Shown here in pieces: positions 10,077-20,313 of a stretch of 64,000 bases of DNA (the first letter of the stretch is position 1; each line of letters begins with the position of its first letter). The position numbers and the translations under genes were made by a program. The stretch covers positions 353,226-417,225 of the forward strand of contig CAXXVO010000014.1 of assembly GCA_963422645.2 (NCBI GenBank). The letters run 5' to 3'. The notes below the pieces were generated by a model. The model saw only the letters and a program-made list of their open reading frames with translations. It did not search any database and was not told where the DNA came from. The DNA is from Alphaproteobacteria bacterium. Lineage in GTDB: Bacteria; Pseudomonadota; Alphaproteobacteria; UBA828.

Positions 10077-11128
10077 TGCACCGCCTCCCGCGCTTTCCCA
10101 CCGCTCCCGTCGCCTCCGCCCATTCCGGGCACGAAACGCTCCAATAGCTGGCGCGCGGTGGGCAGCAGCCCGGCCGGCACCAAGAGCACGAACACCATAA
10201 TGATCCCGCCGAAGATCAGATAGGTGTTGGTGATCTGCTGCTGGCCGATCTCGAACTTTAGCATCAGAAGCCCGATGCAGCCGATCATCGGCCCGACCAG
10301 GGTGCCGAGCCCGCCGATCAGCGTCCACATGATGATCTCGGCCGCGAAGTTGAGGGCGAACACGTCCGGATTGACGAAGGAGTTGAAATTGACGCCCAGA
10401 CACCCGGCGAGCCCGGCCATGCCGCCGCCGATGGTGAAGGTCTGCAGCTTGTGCAGGCGAACGTCGTAGCCGAGCAGCTCGGCGCGCAGCTCGTTTTCCC
10501 GAATCGCGACCGCGACCCGGCCAAAATGCGAGCGATTGAGGAGCTTGAGGCCGAAATAGCACAGAATCAGACACCCCATCGCGAGATGGTATATCTCGTC
10601 AGGGAAGAGCCACGCCTTGCCGTCCCCCGGCCAGTTGATGGGCTGAACCGACGAGATGCCGTTGAAGCCCATCAGCCGCTGTGCGCCGATGGCGTATTCC
10701 TCACCCGCGGTCGAGCGCATGAAGTTGTAGAGGATGAGCGTGACCGCGAGCGTCACCACCGCGAGGTACACATCGCTCAGGCGGCCGTAGAACATAAAGT
10801 AGCCGAGCAGGGCGGCGAAGGCGGCGGGCACGACGATCGCCAGGAAGAAGGGGCCCGTGCTCTCGCCGAAGTTGCCCACGGCGATCGCGTAGCTGTAGGC
10901 GCCGAGGCCATAGAACGCCGACTGCCCGAAACACAGGATTCCGCCGTAGCCCCAGATGAAGCCCATGGAGAGTGCCAGGATCGCCATGGCGACGAAGAGC
11001 GTCACCTTGAAGAGCAGGAAGAGGTCGAAGATGTGCGGGCCTGCGAAGAGCAGCACGAGCATGAAGAGCCCGACCAGTATGGTGCCGAGAGTCTCCCAAC
11101 TCCTCAGGTTGACGCCGAGCACCCTCAC
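10073..11128 (-). CDS. ABC transporter permease (UrtC/LivM-like)
   Basis: WGYGGILCFGQSAFYGLGAY and AIRENELRAELLGY, multiple TM helices. Confidence 0.88.
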   Translation of the reverse strand: MRVLGVNLRSWETLGTILVGLFMLVLLFAGPHIFDLFLLFKVTLFVAMAILALSMGFIWGYGGILCFGQSAFYGLGAYSYAIAVGNFGESTGPFFLAIVVPAAFAALLGYFMFYGRLSDVYLAVVTLAVTLILYNFMRSTAGEEYAIGAQRLMGFNGISSVQPINWPGDGKAWLFPDEIYHLAMGCLILCYFGLKLLNRSHFGRVAVAIRENELRAELLGYDVRLHKLQTFTIGGGMAGLAGCLGVNFNSFVNPDVFALNFAAEIIMWTLIGGLGTLVGPMIGCIGLLMLKFEIGQQQITNTYLIFGGIIMVFVLLVPAGLLPTARQLLERFVPGMGGGDGSGGKAREAVQ

Positions 11129-11994
11129 AGCGAGCGCCTGAAGATTTTGCCGGTGATGCCCTGGGGCAGGAGCCGCAGCATGACCACTGCAACGATCAGC
11201 AGGCCGACGCCGCCGAGGACCGGCGTGAACTCGTAGCTGAGCAGCTGGCGCACGGTGCCGAAGACGCCGGAGGCGACCAGTGTGCCGGTCACGGCGCCGG
11301 TGCCGCCGGTGATGACGGTGATGAAGGTCTGGGCGACGTAGGCCGCGCCCGCCGTCGGGATGACCTGCGAGATCGGCGCCAACAGGCCGCCCGCGAGCCC
11401 GGTCAACCCAGCGCCAACCGCGAAGGTCACCATGTAGACGCGCTGCGTGCTGATCCCAAGCACCGACGCCTGGGCCGGATTCTGCATGGTGCCGCGCGCG
11501 ATGAGGCCGAGCTTGGTGCGCGTCAGCACCAGGAAGACGCCAATGAAGAGCAGGATCACGATGCCGATGAGCATCATGCGGTATTGGGCGACGTTGTAGA
11601 TGCCGACCTCGAAGCTGCCCATCGGCGCAGACACGCCTTCGATGATGTTGCCGAAGATCGCGGTGACGATGCCGATGAGCAGCAAGCTCAGGCCCCAGGT
11701 CGCGATCAGCGTGTCGATCATCCGTCCGTAAAAGAAGCGGATGAAGGTGCGTTCCACGATGATGCCGATGATGCCGACGACGATCGGCGAGATGATCAGC
11801 ATCGAGATCCAGATGTTGATACCGAGCGTCTTGGTGCACACCACGGTGGTGTAGGCGCCGAGCATCATGAACTCGCCGTGGGCGAAATTGATCACCCGCA
11901 TCATGCCGAAGATGATCGCCAGCCCGGCGCAGGCGAGCGCCAGGCTGGCAATCCCGTTCAGCACTTCGATGATCAGGAGCGCAGCAGTGTCCAC
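11125..11994 (-). CDS. ABC transporter permease (UrtB/LivH-like)
   Basis: GLAIIFGMMRVINFAHGEFMMLGAY. Confidence 0.9.
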   Translation of the reverse strand: MDTAALLIIEVLNGIASLALACAGLAIIFGMMRVINFAHGEFMMLGAYTTVVCTKTLGINIWISMLIISPIVVGIIGIIVERTFIRFFYGRMIDTLIATWGLSLLLIGIVTAIFGNIIEGVSAPMGSFEVGIYNVAQYRMMLIGIVILLFIGVFLVLTRTKLGLIARGTMQNPAQASVLGISTQRVYMVTFAVGAGLTGLAGGLLAPISQVIPTAGAAYVAQTFITVITGGTGAVTGTLVASGVFGTVRQLLSYEFTPVLGGVGLLIVAVVMLRLLPQGITGKIFRRSL

Positions 11995-12051
11995 GGCGCA
12001 CCCGTCGTGATGCGAACTATCGCTCTCGTTTCGCTACGGCGCCGGAAACCC

Positions 12052-13299
12052 CTACAGGATCGGCTCCAGATGGGCGTTCATGTCGGGGTCCTTGGTCAGG
12101 TCGCAGCGGTCGATCACGTCGCTCGGATAGAGCTGGGAGAAGCTCTCGAAGATGTTCCAGCTCTGGTTCTGGCACTCGGCCATGTGCATGTCCTGGACGA
12201 CGTGGTTGGTGACCGGATCGACCACCATGTGCCCGGCCGGGCCGTCCCACGCGATGTCGCCGCTGCGCAGCGCCTCGATCACCGCCTCGCGCTCGTGGCT
12301 GCCGGCAGCCTTGACGCCGAGCGACCAGAGCATGGTGCCGAGATAGCCGCCGACACCCACCGAGTTGAGATACTGGGCGTCGTCGCCGAAGCGTTCCTGA
12401 TAGCGCTTGACGAACTCGACGTTGGCGGGGAGCTGCAGCTCCTGGAAGTAGGGTTGGGCGCTGACGATGCCGTTGCCCTCCTCCGCGCTGAGCTGCTTGT
12501 GCTCGTTGCCGACGCCGAAGGTCGTCGAGACGATCGGAATCTCGTTCAGCATGCCCGCTGCGTACCACTGGCGATAGAAGCCGGTGTGCGCGGCGCCCAC
12601 GAGACAGGTGGAGAGCCAGTCCGGCTTCGCTTCCTGGATCTTGGCGATGGCCGGGCCGAACTCCGCCACGTCGAGGGGGAAGAAGTCCTTGGTGAGGACC
12701 TCGGCGCCGTGATCCTTGGAGAAGACCTCGGTCCACTTGCCGATGATCTGGGGCGCGTTGTAGTCGGCGCCGATGTAGTAGCAGCGCTTGCCGTGGGTCC
12801 TGAAGCCGTAGTCGGCCATGGGCTTCACCCACTGCACGGCGGTCACGCCGCTGACGAAGTTGTTGATGTCGCAGACGCCGCCTTCGTAGATCACGCTGTA
12901 CCAGAGGAGGGTCTGGAAGCGCCGGAGGATCGGGCGGATGACCTCGCGCGAGGCGCTGGTGATGGCGCCGTGGACCAGGTCGACACGCTCCTTCAGCGCG
13001 GCTTCCTGCGCGTACTGGGCATAGAGCTCCATGTTGGACTGCGGGTCGTACTTGATCAGCCGCACCTTCTTGCCGAGCAGGCCACCGGCCGCGTTGATCT
13101 CCTCGACCGCGAGCTCGCAGGTCTGGGTCATCGGCGTGCCGTAGATGTCGAGACCGCCGGACTGGTCGAAGATGCTGGCGATGACGATCTCGTCGTCGTC
13201 GGCATAGGCCTTGGGCGATGCCGCGAGACCGGCCGCCACCAACGTTGCGGCGGTGCCCGCCGTGCCCTTGAGAAAACCTCTCCGAGTGCTGTCGAACAT
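12052..13299 (-). CDS. ABC substrate-binding protein (UrtA/AmiC-like) with Tat signal
   Basis: TRRGFLK twin-arginine motif, EEINAAGGLLG, TSASREVIRP, YEGG. Confidence 0.88.
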   Translation of the reverse strand: MFDSTRRGFLKGTAGTAATLVAAGLAASPKAYADDDEIVIASIFDQSGGLDIYGTPMTQTCELAVEEINAAGGLLGKKVRLIKYDPQSNMELYAQYAQEAALKERVDLVHGAITSASREVIRPILRRFQTLLWYSVIYEGGVCDINNFVSGVTAVQWVKPMADYGFRTHGKRCYYIGADYNAPQIIGKWTEVFSKDHGAEVLTKDFFPLDVAEFGPAIAKIQEAKPDWLSTCLVGAAHTGFYRQWYAAGMLNEIPIVSTTFGVGNEHKQLSAEEGNGIVSAQPYFQELQLPANVEFVKRYQERFGDDAQYLNSVGVGGYLGTMLWSLGVKAAGSHEREAVIEALRSGDIAWDGPAGHMVVDPVTNHVVQDMHMAECQNQSWNIFESFSQLYPSDVIDRCDLTKDPDMNAHLEPIL

Positions 13300-13662
13300 G
13301 GGTTCTAGCCTCTCCCTAATTTCATTGAATGCGCGCCGCCGCGCTCCGGCGGAAGGTTAAGCGCAGGGCGGCGTTGGCGCAACGGCTTGCCGTCGACAGA
13401 GCTTGTGACGGATCGACGGCGACAATCAATTGCCAAGGGTCATCGAAGGGACCAAATTCAAGGATGGCATTCAGGCTGATGAAACCGAGACCCGCACCGC
13501 TTTCCGGTCAGCCATCATCCAGGATGGGGCATAGCTCTCCCCGGCGAGGATGCGCTGCTAGAGCGTATCCGTTTAACACGGAAATGCTCTGCTTCTTTGT
13601 CGCTCACGGCAGCCGGCAATTCTATGCTTCCGCGCGCCTGTCGGCGCGACCCGGCGCCTGCG

Positions 13663-16135
13663 CAATGGCATTCATTTGGCGCGAAGATTGTTCCGGGGTT
13701 TTTTTGGTGGTGTCGTAACGAGTTGATTTCTTGTGTGGATTGTCGGTCTCGGCGTTTCCCGCACGAGGGGGATTGACCGGCGGCGTGTGCTTTGGCACAC
13801 TGTGGCTGTCCCCCTGTCAGTGGAGCCGGCCCATGGACCCCCGCATCACCGCGCTGAAGTCGACGACCTTTTTCGGCAGACGTCTGACCCGCCGGCAGAT
13901 TGCCGACATCCAGGAGACGGTGGCGCTGTTTCCGGCGATCAGCCGCAACGAGCTCGGGCACACGATCTGCGAGCATTTGAACTGGCGCGCGCCGAGCGGG
14001 CGGAACCGTGTCGCGGTCTGCCTGCGGATGCTGGAGGAGTTGGAGCGGCTGGGCATCCTGACCCTGCCGGCGCGGGACGAGGCGCAGGTGCGGGGGCCGC
14101 AGGAGGCGATGGCCCGGAGCGAGCGGACGGCGCCGGCCGCGGCGATCGCGGAGGACCTGGCCGCGCTGATGCCGCTGCGCCTGTCGATTGCGGCGGGCAA
14201 GGAGGAGGGCGGGCTGTGGAACGAGTTCGTCGCGCGCCACCACTATCTCGGGCTGCATCGTCTGGTCGGCGCGCATCTGCGCTATTTTCTCCTGGACCGC
14301 CACGGGCGGCCTCTGGGCTGCCTTCTGTTTGCCCGGGCGTCGCTGAGCTGCCCTGCCGCGACGAGTGGATCGGGTGGCCGGCGGAAGGCTTCCGCAAGCA
14401 CCTCGATCTGGTCGTGGGTCACACGCGTTTCCTGATCTTTCCCTGGGTCCGGGTCGACAACCTGGCGTCGAAAGCGCTGTCGATGGCGCTGCGCCAGCTG
14501 CCCGGCGACTGGGAGGCGCGCTTCGGAGCGCGCCCGGTTCTGGTGGAGACCTTCGTGGACCCCAGCCTCTTCGACGGCGCCTGCTACCGCGCGGCCAACT
14601 GGCGCTGTCTCGGCGAGACCGGGGGCGGCAAGGGCAAGACCCGCAAAAGCGTCTACGTCTACCCGCTGACGCCGGACTTCCGCTCGATCCTGCTCGAAGG
14701 CCCGCGGCCGGCGCGGCGCGGGAACAGGACACGGCCGGCAGCGCTGGCGCCGGACGATCCCTTCGTGGCGCTGTGGCAGGACCTGATCGGCGCACTGGCG
14801 GCGGTGGCCGCCGATCACGACCGGGTGTGGCAGAGCCGCCGGCGGGTCCTCGACACCCTTCTCGTCATGCTCTTCATCTTCCGGCTGGCGTTCTCGAACG
14901 GCCGCGCGGGCTACGCCACGACGCTGGCCGGGCTGTGGGAGCAGTGCCGGGTCCTGGGCGTCGCACTGCCGCAGCCGGCGCCGGTCTCGGCCTCGGCGAT
15001 GTGCATGGCGCGGGCCAAGGTCGACGAGGCGGTGTTCAAGACGCTGCACGCCGAGATCCTCAAGCGCGCCGACGGCCCGGCCTGGAAGGGCCACCGCGTG
15101 TTCGCGGTCGACGGCTCCAAGCTCAACCTGCCGCGGCCGCTGCTCAAGGCCGGCTACCGCACGCCCTCCGAGGCGGCCCACTACCCGCAGGGCCTGCTGA
15201 GTTGCCTCTACCGGCTGCACGCGAACATCCCGGTGGACTTCGACCTGGTCGCGCACGGCGACGAAAGAAGGGCCGCCCTCGCCCACCTCAAGGCGCTCTC
15301 GGCCAACGACATCGTGGTCTATGACCGCGGCTACTACTCTTGGGAGATGCTGCACGCCCATGTCGCCCGCGGCCTGCACCCCGTGTTCCGGATCAAGAAG
15401 AAGGCAGGCGCCGCCCTCGACGCCTTCATCGCCGACGGCCGCACGGACGCGCCGATCACCGTCGCTCCCGGAAAGGACACCCTGAGAAAGCTGCGCCGCA
15501 AGACGCCGCACGTCGACGCCACCCCGCTGCGCCTGCGACTGGTCCGCTACCGCATCGGCAGCACGGTCTTCATCCTCGCCACCACCCTCCTCGACCCCAA
15601 GGCCTGGAGCGTCGCGGAACTGGCCGAGCTCTATCACGCGCGCTGGGGAATCGAGGAACTCTACAAGACCTCGAAACAGGCCATGGCCGTCGAGGCCTTC
15701 CACAGCCAGACCGAGCGCGGCGTCCGCCAGGAGCTCTTCGCCCACTTCAACCTCATCGCCATGACCCGGCTCTTCACCAACCGCAGCAACGCAAGCCTCG
15801 ACGCCGAGCGCCCTGCCGACGGCAAGCCGGCGATGAAAGCCAACTTCAGCAACGGCCTCGCCACCGTCGCGCGCAACCTCGAAGCGCTGCTGCTGCGCCA
15901 TACGGCGATGGTCGCCGAAACCCTCAGCCATGTCCTCTCCTGCATCAACCAGGCGCGTCAGCGCCCGCGCCCCGGCCGGTCCTGCGAACGCAGGTCGCGC
16001 AAACCCCGCGGCAAGTGGGCACGCGCAAAGCGGGCCGTCGCCTGAACACCTGAACGACAGAAACGCACGCAACCGACAGCGCAAGAACACGACTCCTTAA
16101 GTGAACAGTCGAAAACCGCTAAGTGAATGCCATTG
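13663..16135 (+). mobile_element. IS4-family element with 10-bp target duplication GGCGCCTGCG
   Basis: IRs CAATGGCATTCA / TGAATGCCATTG. TSD at 13653-13662 and 16136-16145. Confidence 0.92.
13833..16045 (+). CDS. DUF4338 (DruA-like) domain fused to IS4 DDE transposase, apparent frameshift near 14345
   Basis: N-part has HHYLG..G..LRY, RDEWIGW, RFLIFPWV, LVETFVD and GACYRAANW. C-part has AVDGSK, VYDRGY and YHARWGIEELYK. Confidence 0.8.
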
Positions 16136-16363
16136 GGCGCCTGCGCGGGCGCGCCGCATTCGCGGCGGTCCGCGGTCGCGGCCTGTCGCGCGTCCGTCAA
16201 AGACGGACGCGCTCTAGCGAATTTTCCAGCAACTCCTGGACTTCGCCCGCCGCGTCTTTCAAAGGCTAGAGTCCCTGCGCGACGAAGCGCTCGGCGTTGC
16301 AGCCCGCCGCCTGTCACGTCTTCTATTTGAGCGGTCCAAAGAAGGACGCCAGGAACCGGCGCG

Positions 16364-17209
16364 ATGACCAGAACAAGGTTGAGCTGGGCCGACCGCATCG
16401 CACTGGCGGCAGCGCTCCTCTTCGCCCTGTTCCCGGTTTTCTGGCTGCTTTCGACGTCATTCAAGGTGCGGAGCGAATACGTGAGCGGCGCGGCGGTCTT
16501 GAGTGCATGGATCCCGTCGAGCCTTTCTCTCAACAACTACCGAGACGTCTTCTATCCCTACATGAATCTGCTTGGCATGCCGCAGAGCTCGTCGTGGCGT
16601 TCGTTGGTTAGCACGACCGGTGTTGCGCTATCGGCGACCGTGGTTTCGGTGATCTTCGGCCTGATGGCTGCGATTGCTTTCGCGCGCTACAGGGTCGGCG
16701 GCAGCTGGCTGCCGATCTCCGTCCTCTCGTTTCGCATGATCCCTCCAATGGCGATCGCGATACCCCTGGCCATTCTCCTGGCGCCGCTCGGCGTGACCAA
16801 CACACCGATGCTGCTGCCCGCGATCTATGCCGCGATCACCGTTCCACTCTCGACCTGGATGCTGAAGAGCTTCATCGAGCAGATTCCGCCGCAATACGAG
16901 GAGGCGGCGATGCTCGACGGCATGTCTCGCTGGCAGGCGCACTTTCGGATCACCGTGCCCATGATCAAGGGCGGACTGGGGGCGACCTTCCTCTACGTCT
17001 TCATTCTGAACTGGACCGAAACACCAATCGCGCTTGCGCTCGCCCAAGGTCGGTACGTGACGATTCCCGTTCAGATCATCGACAAGGTCGACAGCCCTCA
17101 CGTGCAGGTTGCGCTCGCCGTGCTCGCCCTGGTGCCGCCTCTGGTGATCGGCATCGTCATCCAGCGCCACCTCGGGCGCGGCTTCACCTTCGGGGCTATC
17201 AAGAACTGA
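16364..17209 (+). CDS. Carbohydrate ABC transporter permease (orphan)
   Basis: EAA loop YEEAAMLDG, TM helices. Confidence 0.85.
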   Translation: MTRTRLSWADRIALAAALLFALFPVFWLLSTSFKVRSEYVSGAAVLSAWIPSSLSLNNYRDVFYPYMNLLGMPQSSSWRSLVSTTGVALSATVVSVIFGLMAAIAFARYRVGGSWLPISVLSFRMIPPMAIAIPLAILLAPLGVTNTPMLLPAIYAAITVPLSTWMLKSFIEQIPPQYEEAAMLDGMSRWQAHFRITVPMIKGGLGATFLYVFILNWTETPIALALAQGRYVTIPVQIIDKVDSPHVQVALAVLALVPPLVIGIVIQRHLGRGFTFGAIKN

Positions 17210-18371
17210 GGGCGAAGCCGAGGGTGCGCTCGACGAAGGCGCGGAGGATCAGTGCCGCGTCCACCATCTCGGCGAGCGGTATGAACTCGTTGGCGGCGTG
17301 GCTTATGGCGCCGTCGCCGGGGCCGAAATTGACGATCTCGATACCGTCCCGCGCGAAGAAGCGGCCGTCGCTCGCGGCAAGCGCGTTGAGCACCTCGGGC
17401 GGCCTGCTCAGGCGCTCTTCGATGGCCGCTATCAGTGCCGAGACGAAGGGGCCGTCGAGGGGCGCGGAGAAGCCGTCGGTGCCGACCGGGCGGTGCAGGG
17501 TGTAGGAGCCCGCAGGCTCGCCCGCGCCGGCCAGCACGGCCTCCATCTCGGCATGGGCCTCCTCGACCGGCTCGTCGGGCAGCAGGCGGCGGTCGATGCG
17601 GGCCGCGCAGCGATCCGGCACCACATTGGGGTTCTCACCGCCGTGGAGGGTGCCGATGTTCATTGTCGAGACCTTGCCGCCGCTGCGCCTTGCATCGAGC
17701 CTCGGCCCGAGCTCGGACTGCAGCCGGTCGAGCAGGCGCATCATGCGGAGAATGGCGTTGTCACCCGCGGGCGGGTCGCCGCCGTGGGCGGCGCGGCCGG
17801 TGGTCTCGATCTCGAGCCAGAGGATGCCGCGCTCCTCGACGATGAGCTGGTTCTCGGTGGGCGAGCCCAGGACGAGGGCATCGGGCTGGATCAACCCCTC
17901 TTGGCGGAGGTACGCGGTGCCCTCCAGCCCCAGGCGCTCCTCGTCGCCGGCAAGCACGAAGACCACGCTGCCCCGCGCGGGTCCGCCGCGCCGCGCCACC
18001 TCGTCCGCGAGCCACAGATGCACCGCCGCCGAGCCCTTGCAGTTGTTGGCGCCGAGCCCGTAGATGCAGCCCTTCTCCATGGTTGCGGCGAAGGGGTAGG
18101 TGCGCCAGGCCGCGCGGTCGCCGGTGCCCACCGTGTCGATGTGAGAATTGAACACCACGCAGGGTGAGCCCTCGCCCATCTGCGCGACCAGGTTGGCGAT
18201 CGGCGGGGTCCGCATCGGCATGGAGACCGCGTAGCCGGCCGCCCTGAAATGCTCGCCGGCGGCTTCGCAAATCGCCCGCGTGTCGCCCGGAGGCGTGGTG
18301 GAGGGTATCGCGATCAGCTCGGCGAGGAGCCCGTGCAGCGAGTCGGCGATGGATTTTTCCGCGTTTGACAT
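17199..18371 (-). CDS. M20 family metallopeptidase (ArgE/DapE-like)
   Basis: SHIDTV, GDEE, GRAAHG, NVVPD, FGPG..SHAANE. Confidence 0.85.
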   Translation of the reverse strand: MSNAEKSIADSLHGLLAELIAIPSTTPPGDTRAICEAAGEHFRAAGYAVSMPMRTPPIANLVAQMGEGSPCVVFNSHIDTVGTGDRAAWRTYPFAATMEKGCIYGLGANNCKGSAAVHLWLADEVARRGGPARGSVVFVLAGDEERLGLEGTAYLRQEGLIQPDALVLGSPTENQLIVEERGILWLEIETTGRAAHGGDPPAGDNAILRMMRLLDRLQSELGPRLDARRSGGKVSTMNIGTLHGGENPNVVPDRCAARIDRRLLPDEPVEEAHAEMEAVLAGAGEPAGSYTLHRPVGTDGFSAPLDGPFVSALIAAIEERLSRPPEVLNALAASDGRFFARDGIEIVNFGPGDGAISHAANEFIPLAEMVDAALILRAFVERTLGFALSS

Positions 18372-18373
18372 GG

Positions 18374-19267
18374 TCATTCGTCTTTGTCGGCTCGGATGAT
18401 CGAGGTGCCACCGAGCGAGCGCGGGTCGCGAGCCTGCCAGCGGCCGTTCTCGACCTGGGCGAAGAAGTCCGCGCAAGCCTGGTTGAAGGCTTCCGGTTCC
18501 TCGAGATTGATCGTGTGGCCCGACTTCGGGATCACCAGCAGGCCGGCGGTCGCGATCGTGCGCTTGAGATAGAGGTTGGCGTCGAGGCAGGGCTCGTCCT
18601 CGTCGCCGGTGATCAGGAGCGTCGGCACGGTCAACGCAGCGAGGCCCTCTTCGAGATCGTAGAGCGAGGGGCGGCGGGACTGCACGCCGCGCAGCGTGTT
18701 CGCCGCGCCCTTGGCGGAGTGATCGGCCAGCCGGTCGCGGAAGGTGGCCCAGCCGCGCGGGTCCTTGGCCTGGAACTGCACGCGGGTGGGGCCCAAGGCA
18801 TAGTCGGCGCCGACTGGGCCGGCACCCTCGCGCTCCAGGCGGTCCGCCACCGCGTGGGTCTCGCGCTGAAAGCCGCTGCGGGCGTCCTTCGGCGCGCCGT
18901 AGCCGCAGCCGGCGACCACCAGAGACGAAGCGCGCGCCGGGTGCTTGAGGCCGACGTGAATGGTTGCGAAGCCGCCCATGCTCAAGCCCACGACGTGGGC
19001 GCGCTCGATGCCGAGATGATCGAGGAGGGCGACGGCGTCCGCCACCGCGTGGTCCTGGCTGTACGCGTCCGCGTCCTCCGGCACGTCGGAGGGCGGATAG
19101 CCGCGGGCGTTGTAGGCGATGCAGCGGTAGCGCCGCGAGAAATGGCAGAGCTGCGGCTCCCAGCTCAGGTGATCGCCCGCGAACTCGTGGATGAAGAGCA
19201 CCGGGTGACCCGCTCCGGCCTCCTCGTAGTAGAGCCTGGTTCCGTCCGGCGACGGCGCGTAGGGCAT
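18374..19267 (-). CDS. Alpha/beta hydrolase
   Basis: GLSMGG nucleophile elbow, GDED, GHTINLEEP. Confidence 0.88.
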   Translation of the reverse strand: MPYAPSPDGTRLYYEEAGAGHPVLFIHEFAGDHLSWEPQLCHFSRRYRCIAYNARGYPPSDVPEDADAYSQDHAVADAVALLDHLGIERAHVVGLSMGGFATIHVGLKHPARASSLVVAGCGYGAPKDARSGFQRETHAVADRLEREGAGPVGADYALGPTRVQFQAKDPRGWATFRDRLADHSAKGAANTLRGVQSRRPSLYDLEEGLAALTVPTLLITGDEDEPCLDANLYLKRTIATAGLLVIPKSGHTINLEEPEAFNQACADFFAQVENGRWQARDPRSLGGTSIIRADKDE

Positions 19268-19374
19268 GGCTGCTATTCCTCCCGCGCGCACCATAGATAG
19301 GGGCAGGGCGGCGCGCGAGTCCGGGTTTCGTGGTATAGTGGCCTATCGCAAGACGAATGAGCGGAGCTCTGCGC

Positions 19375-20313
19375 ATGTGCGGAATAGCGGGCGTGATGTT
19401 TAAGCACGGGGGCACGGGACTGGCGACGGGCCAGGCGTTGATCGACATGCTGGACGGCTGCCAGCACCGCGGCCCGGATTCCACCGGCTTTGCGCTCTAC
19501 GAGGATGCCAAACCGGGCGAGCTCCGGCTTCGCTTTCTCGTGGAGGAGAACGGCGCCAGCGATGGCGTCGGCCACAACAGCGGTGTCGAGGGCGCGATCG
19601 CGGACATTCGCAGGACGCTGGAGGACCACGGCGCGGAGATCGTGGACGACGAGCACGTGGGCAACAGCTACCGGGCGATCGTGCGCTTCTCCGGCGACGT
19701 GCAGAAGCTCACCTACGACATGGAGCATGCGGCAACGCTGATCTCGATCGGGGAGAGCCTGGACATCCGCAAGGACGTGGGCGGGGCCCACGATGTCGAC
19801 GATGTCTTTCACGTGCGCGATGTGAAGGGCACCCACGGCTTGGGTCACGTGCGGCTTGCGACCGAGTCCGAGGTGAAGCCCGAAGCGGCGCATCCCTTCT
19901 GGGCGACCGGGTTTACCGACATCGCGATCGTGCACAACGGCCAGATCACGAACTATTGGAAGATGCGGCGCAGGCTTGAGCGGCGTGGGTTCGAGTTCCA
20001 TACGGACAACGACAGCGAGCTGATTGCGGTCTATCTGGCGGACAAGCTCGCCAACGATGTGCCGCTGGAAGACGCCCTGAAGACCTCGATCGACGACCTC
20101 GACGGCACGTTCTCGTTCCTGGTCTCGACCAAGGACGAGATCGGCTACGCCAAGGATCATCTCGCGGCAAAGCCGATGATCATGTACGAGAACGACGACA
20201 TGATCGCGATCGCCTCGGAGGAGGTTTCGTTGAACCGCCTCTTCCCGGGCCGCGCGCTCGACACCAGGGAACCGCCGCCGGGGAGCTACGGTACATGGTC
20301 CAGATTGACCTAG
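19375..20313 (+). CDS. Class II (Ntn) glutamine amidotransferase subunit (GlxB/MgsA-like)
   Basis: MCGIAG N-terminus, HRGPDSTG, GHVRLAT, HNGQITNY. Confidence 0.88.
   Translation: MCGIAGVMFKHGGTGLATGQALIDMLDGCQHRGPDSTGFALYEDAKPGELRLRFLVEENGASDGVGHNSGVEGAIADIRRTLEDHGAEIVDDEHVGNSYRAIVRFSGDVQKLTYDMEHAATLISIGESLDIRKDVGGAHDVDDVFHVRDVKGTHGLGHVRLATESEVKPEAAHPFWATGFTDIAIVHNGQITNYWKMRRRLERRGFEFHTDNDSELIAVYLADKLANDVPLEDALKTSIDDLDGTFSFLVSTKDEIGYAKDHLAAKPMIMYENDDMIAIASEEVSLNRLFPGRALDTREPPPGSYGTWSRLT

Larger units (their letters stand above)
13558..16217. repeat. CTAG-bounded RIME/MITE-like palindromic repeat, split by IS4
   Basis: Starts CTAGAGCG (13558) and ends CGCTCTAG (16217). With the IS removed it aligns with 36893-37068. 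Confidence 0.7.

Noticed and set aside
13420-13440. GACAATCAATTGCC as an operator upstream of the ABC operon
   Set aside because: Imperfect palindrome seen once, with no regulator gene nearby to support it.
13833-14700. Druantia defence system
   Set aside because: Only a DruA-like domain inside an IS. No DruE helicase or other dru genes.
17199-19484. 761-aa hydrolase-M20 fusion
   Set aside because: The upstream part is an off-frame overlap of the alpha/beta hydrolase. These are two separate genes.
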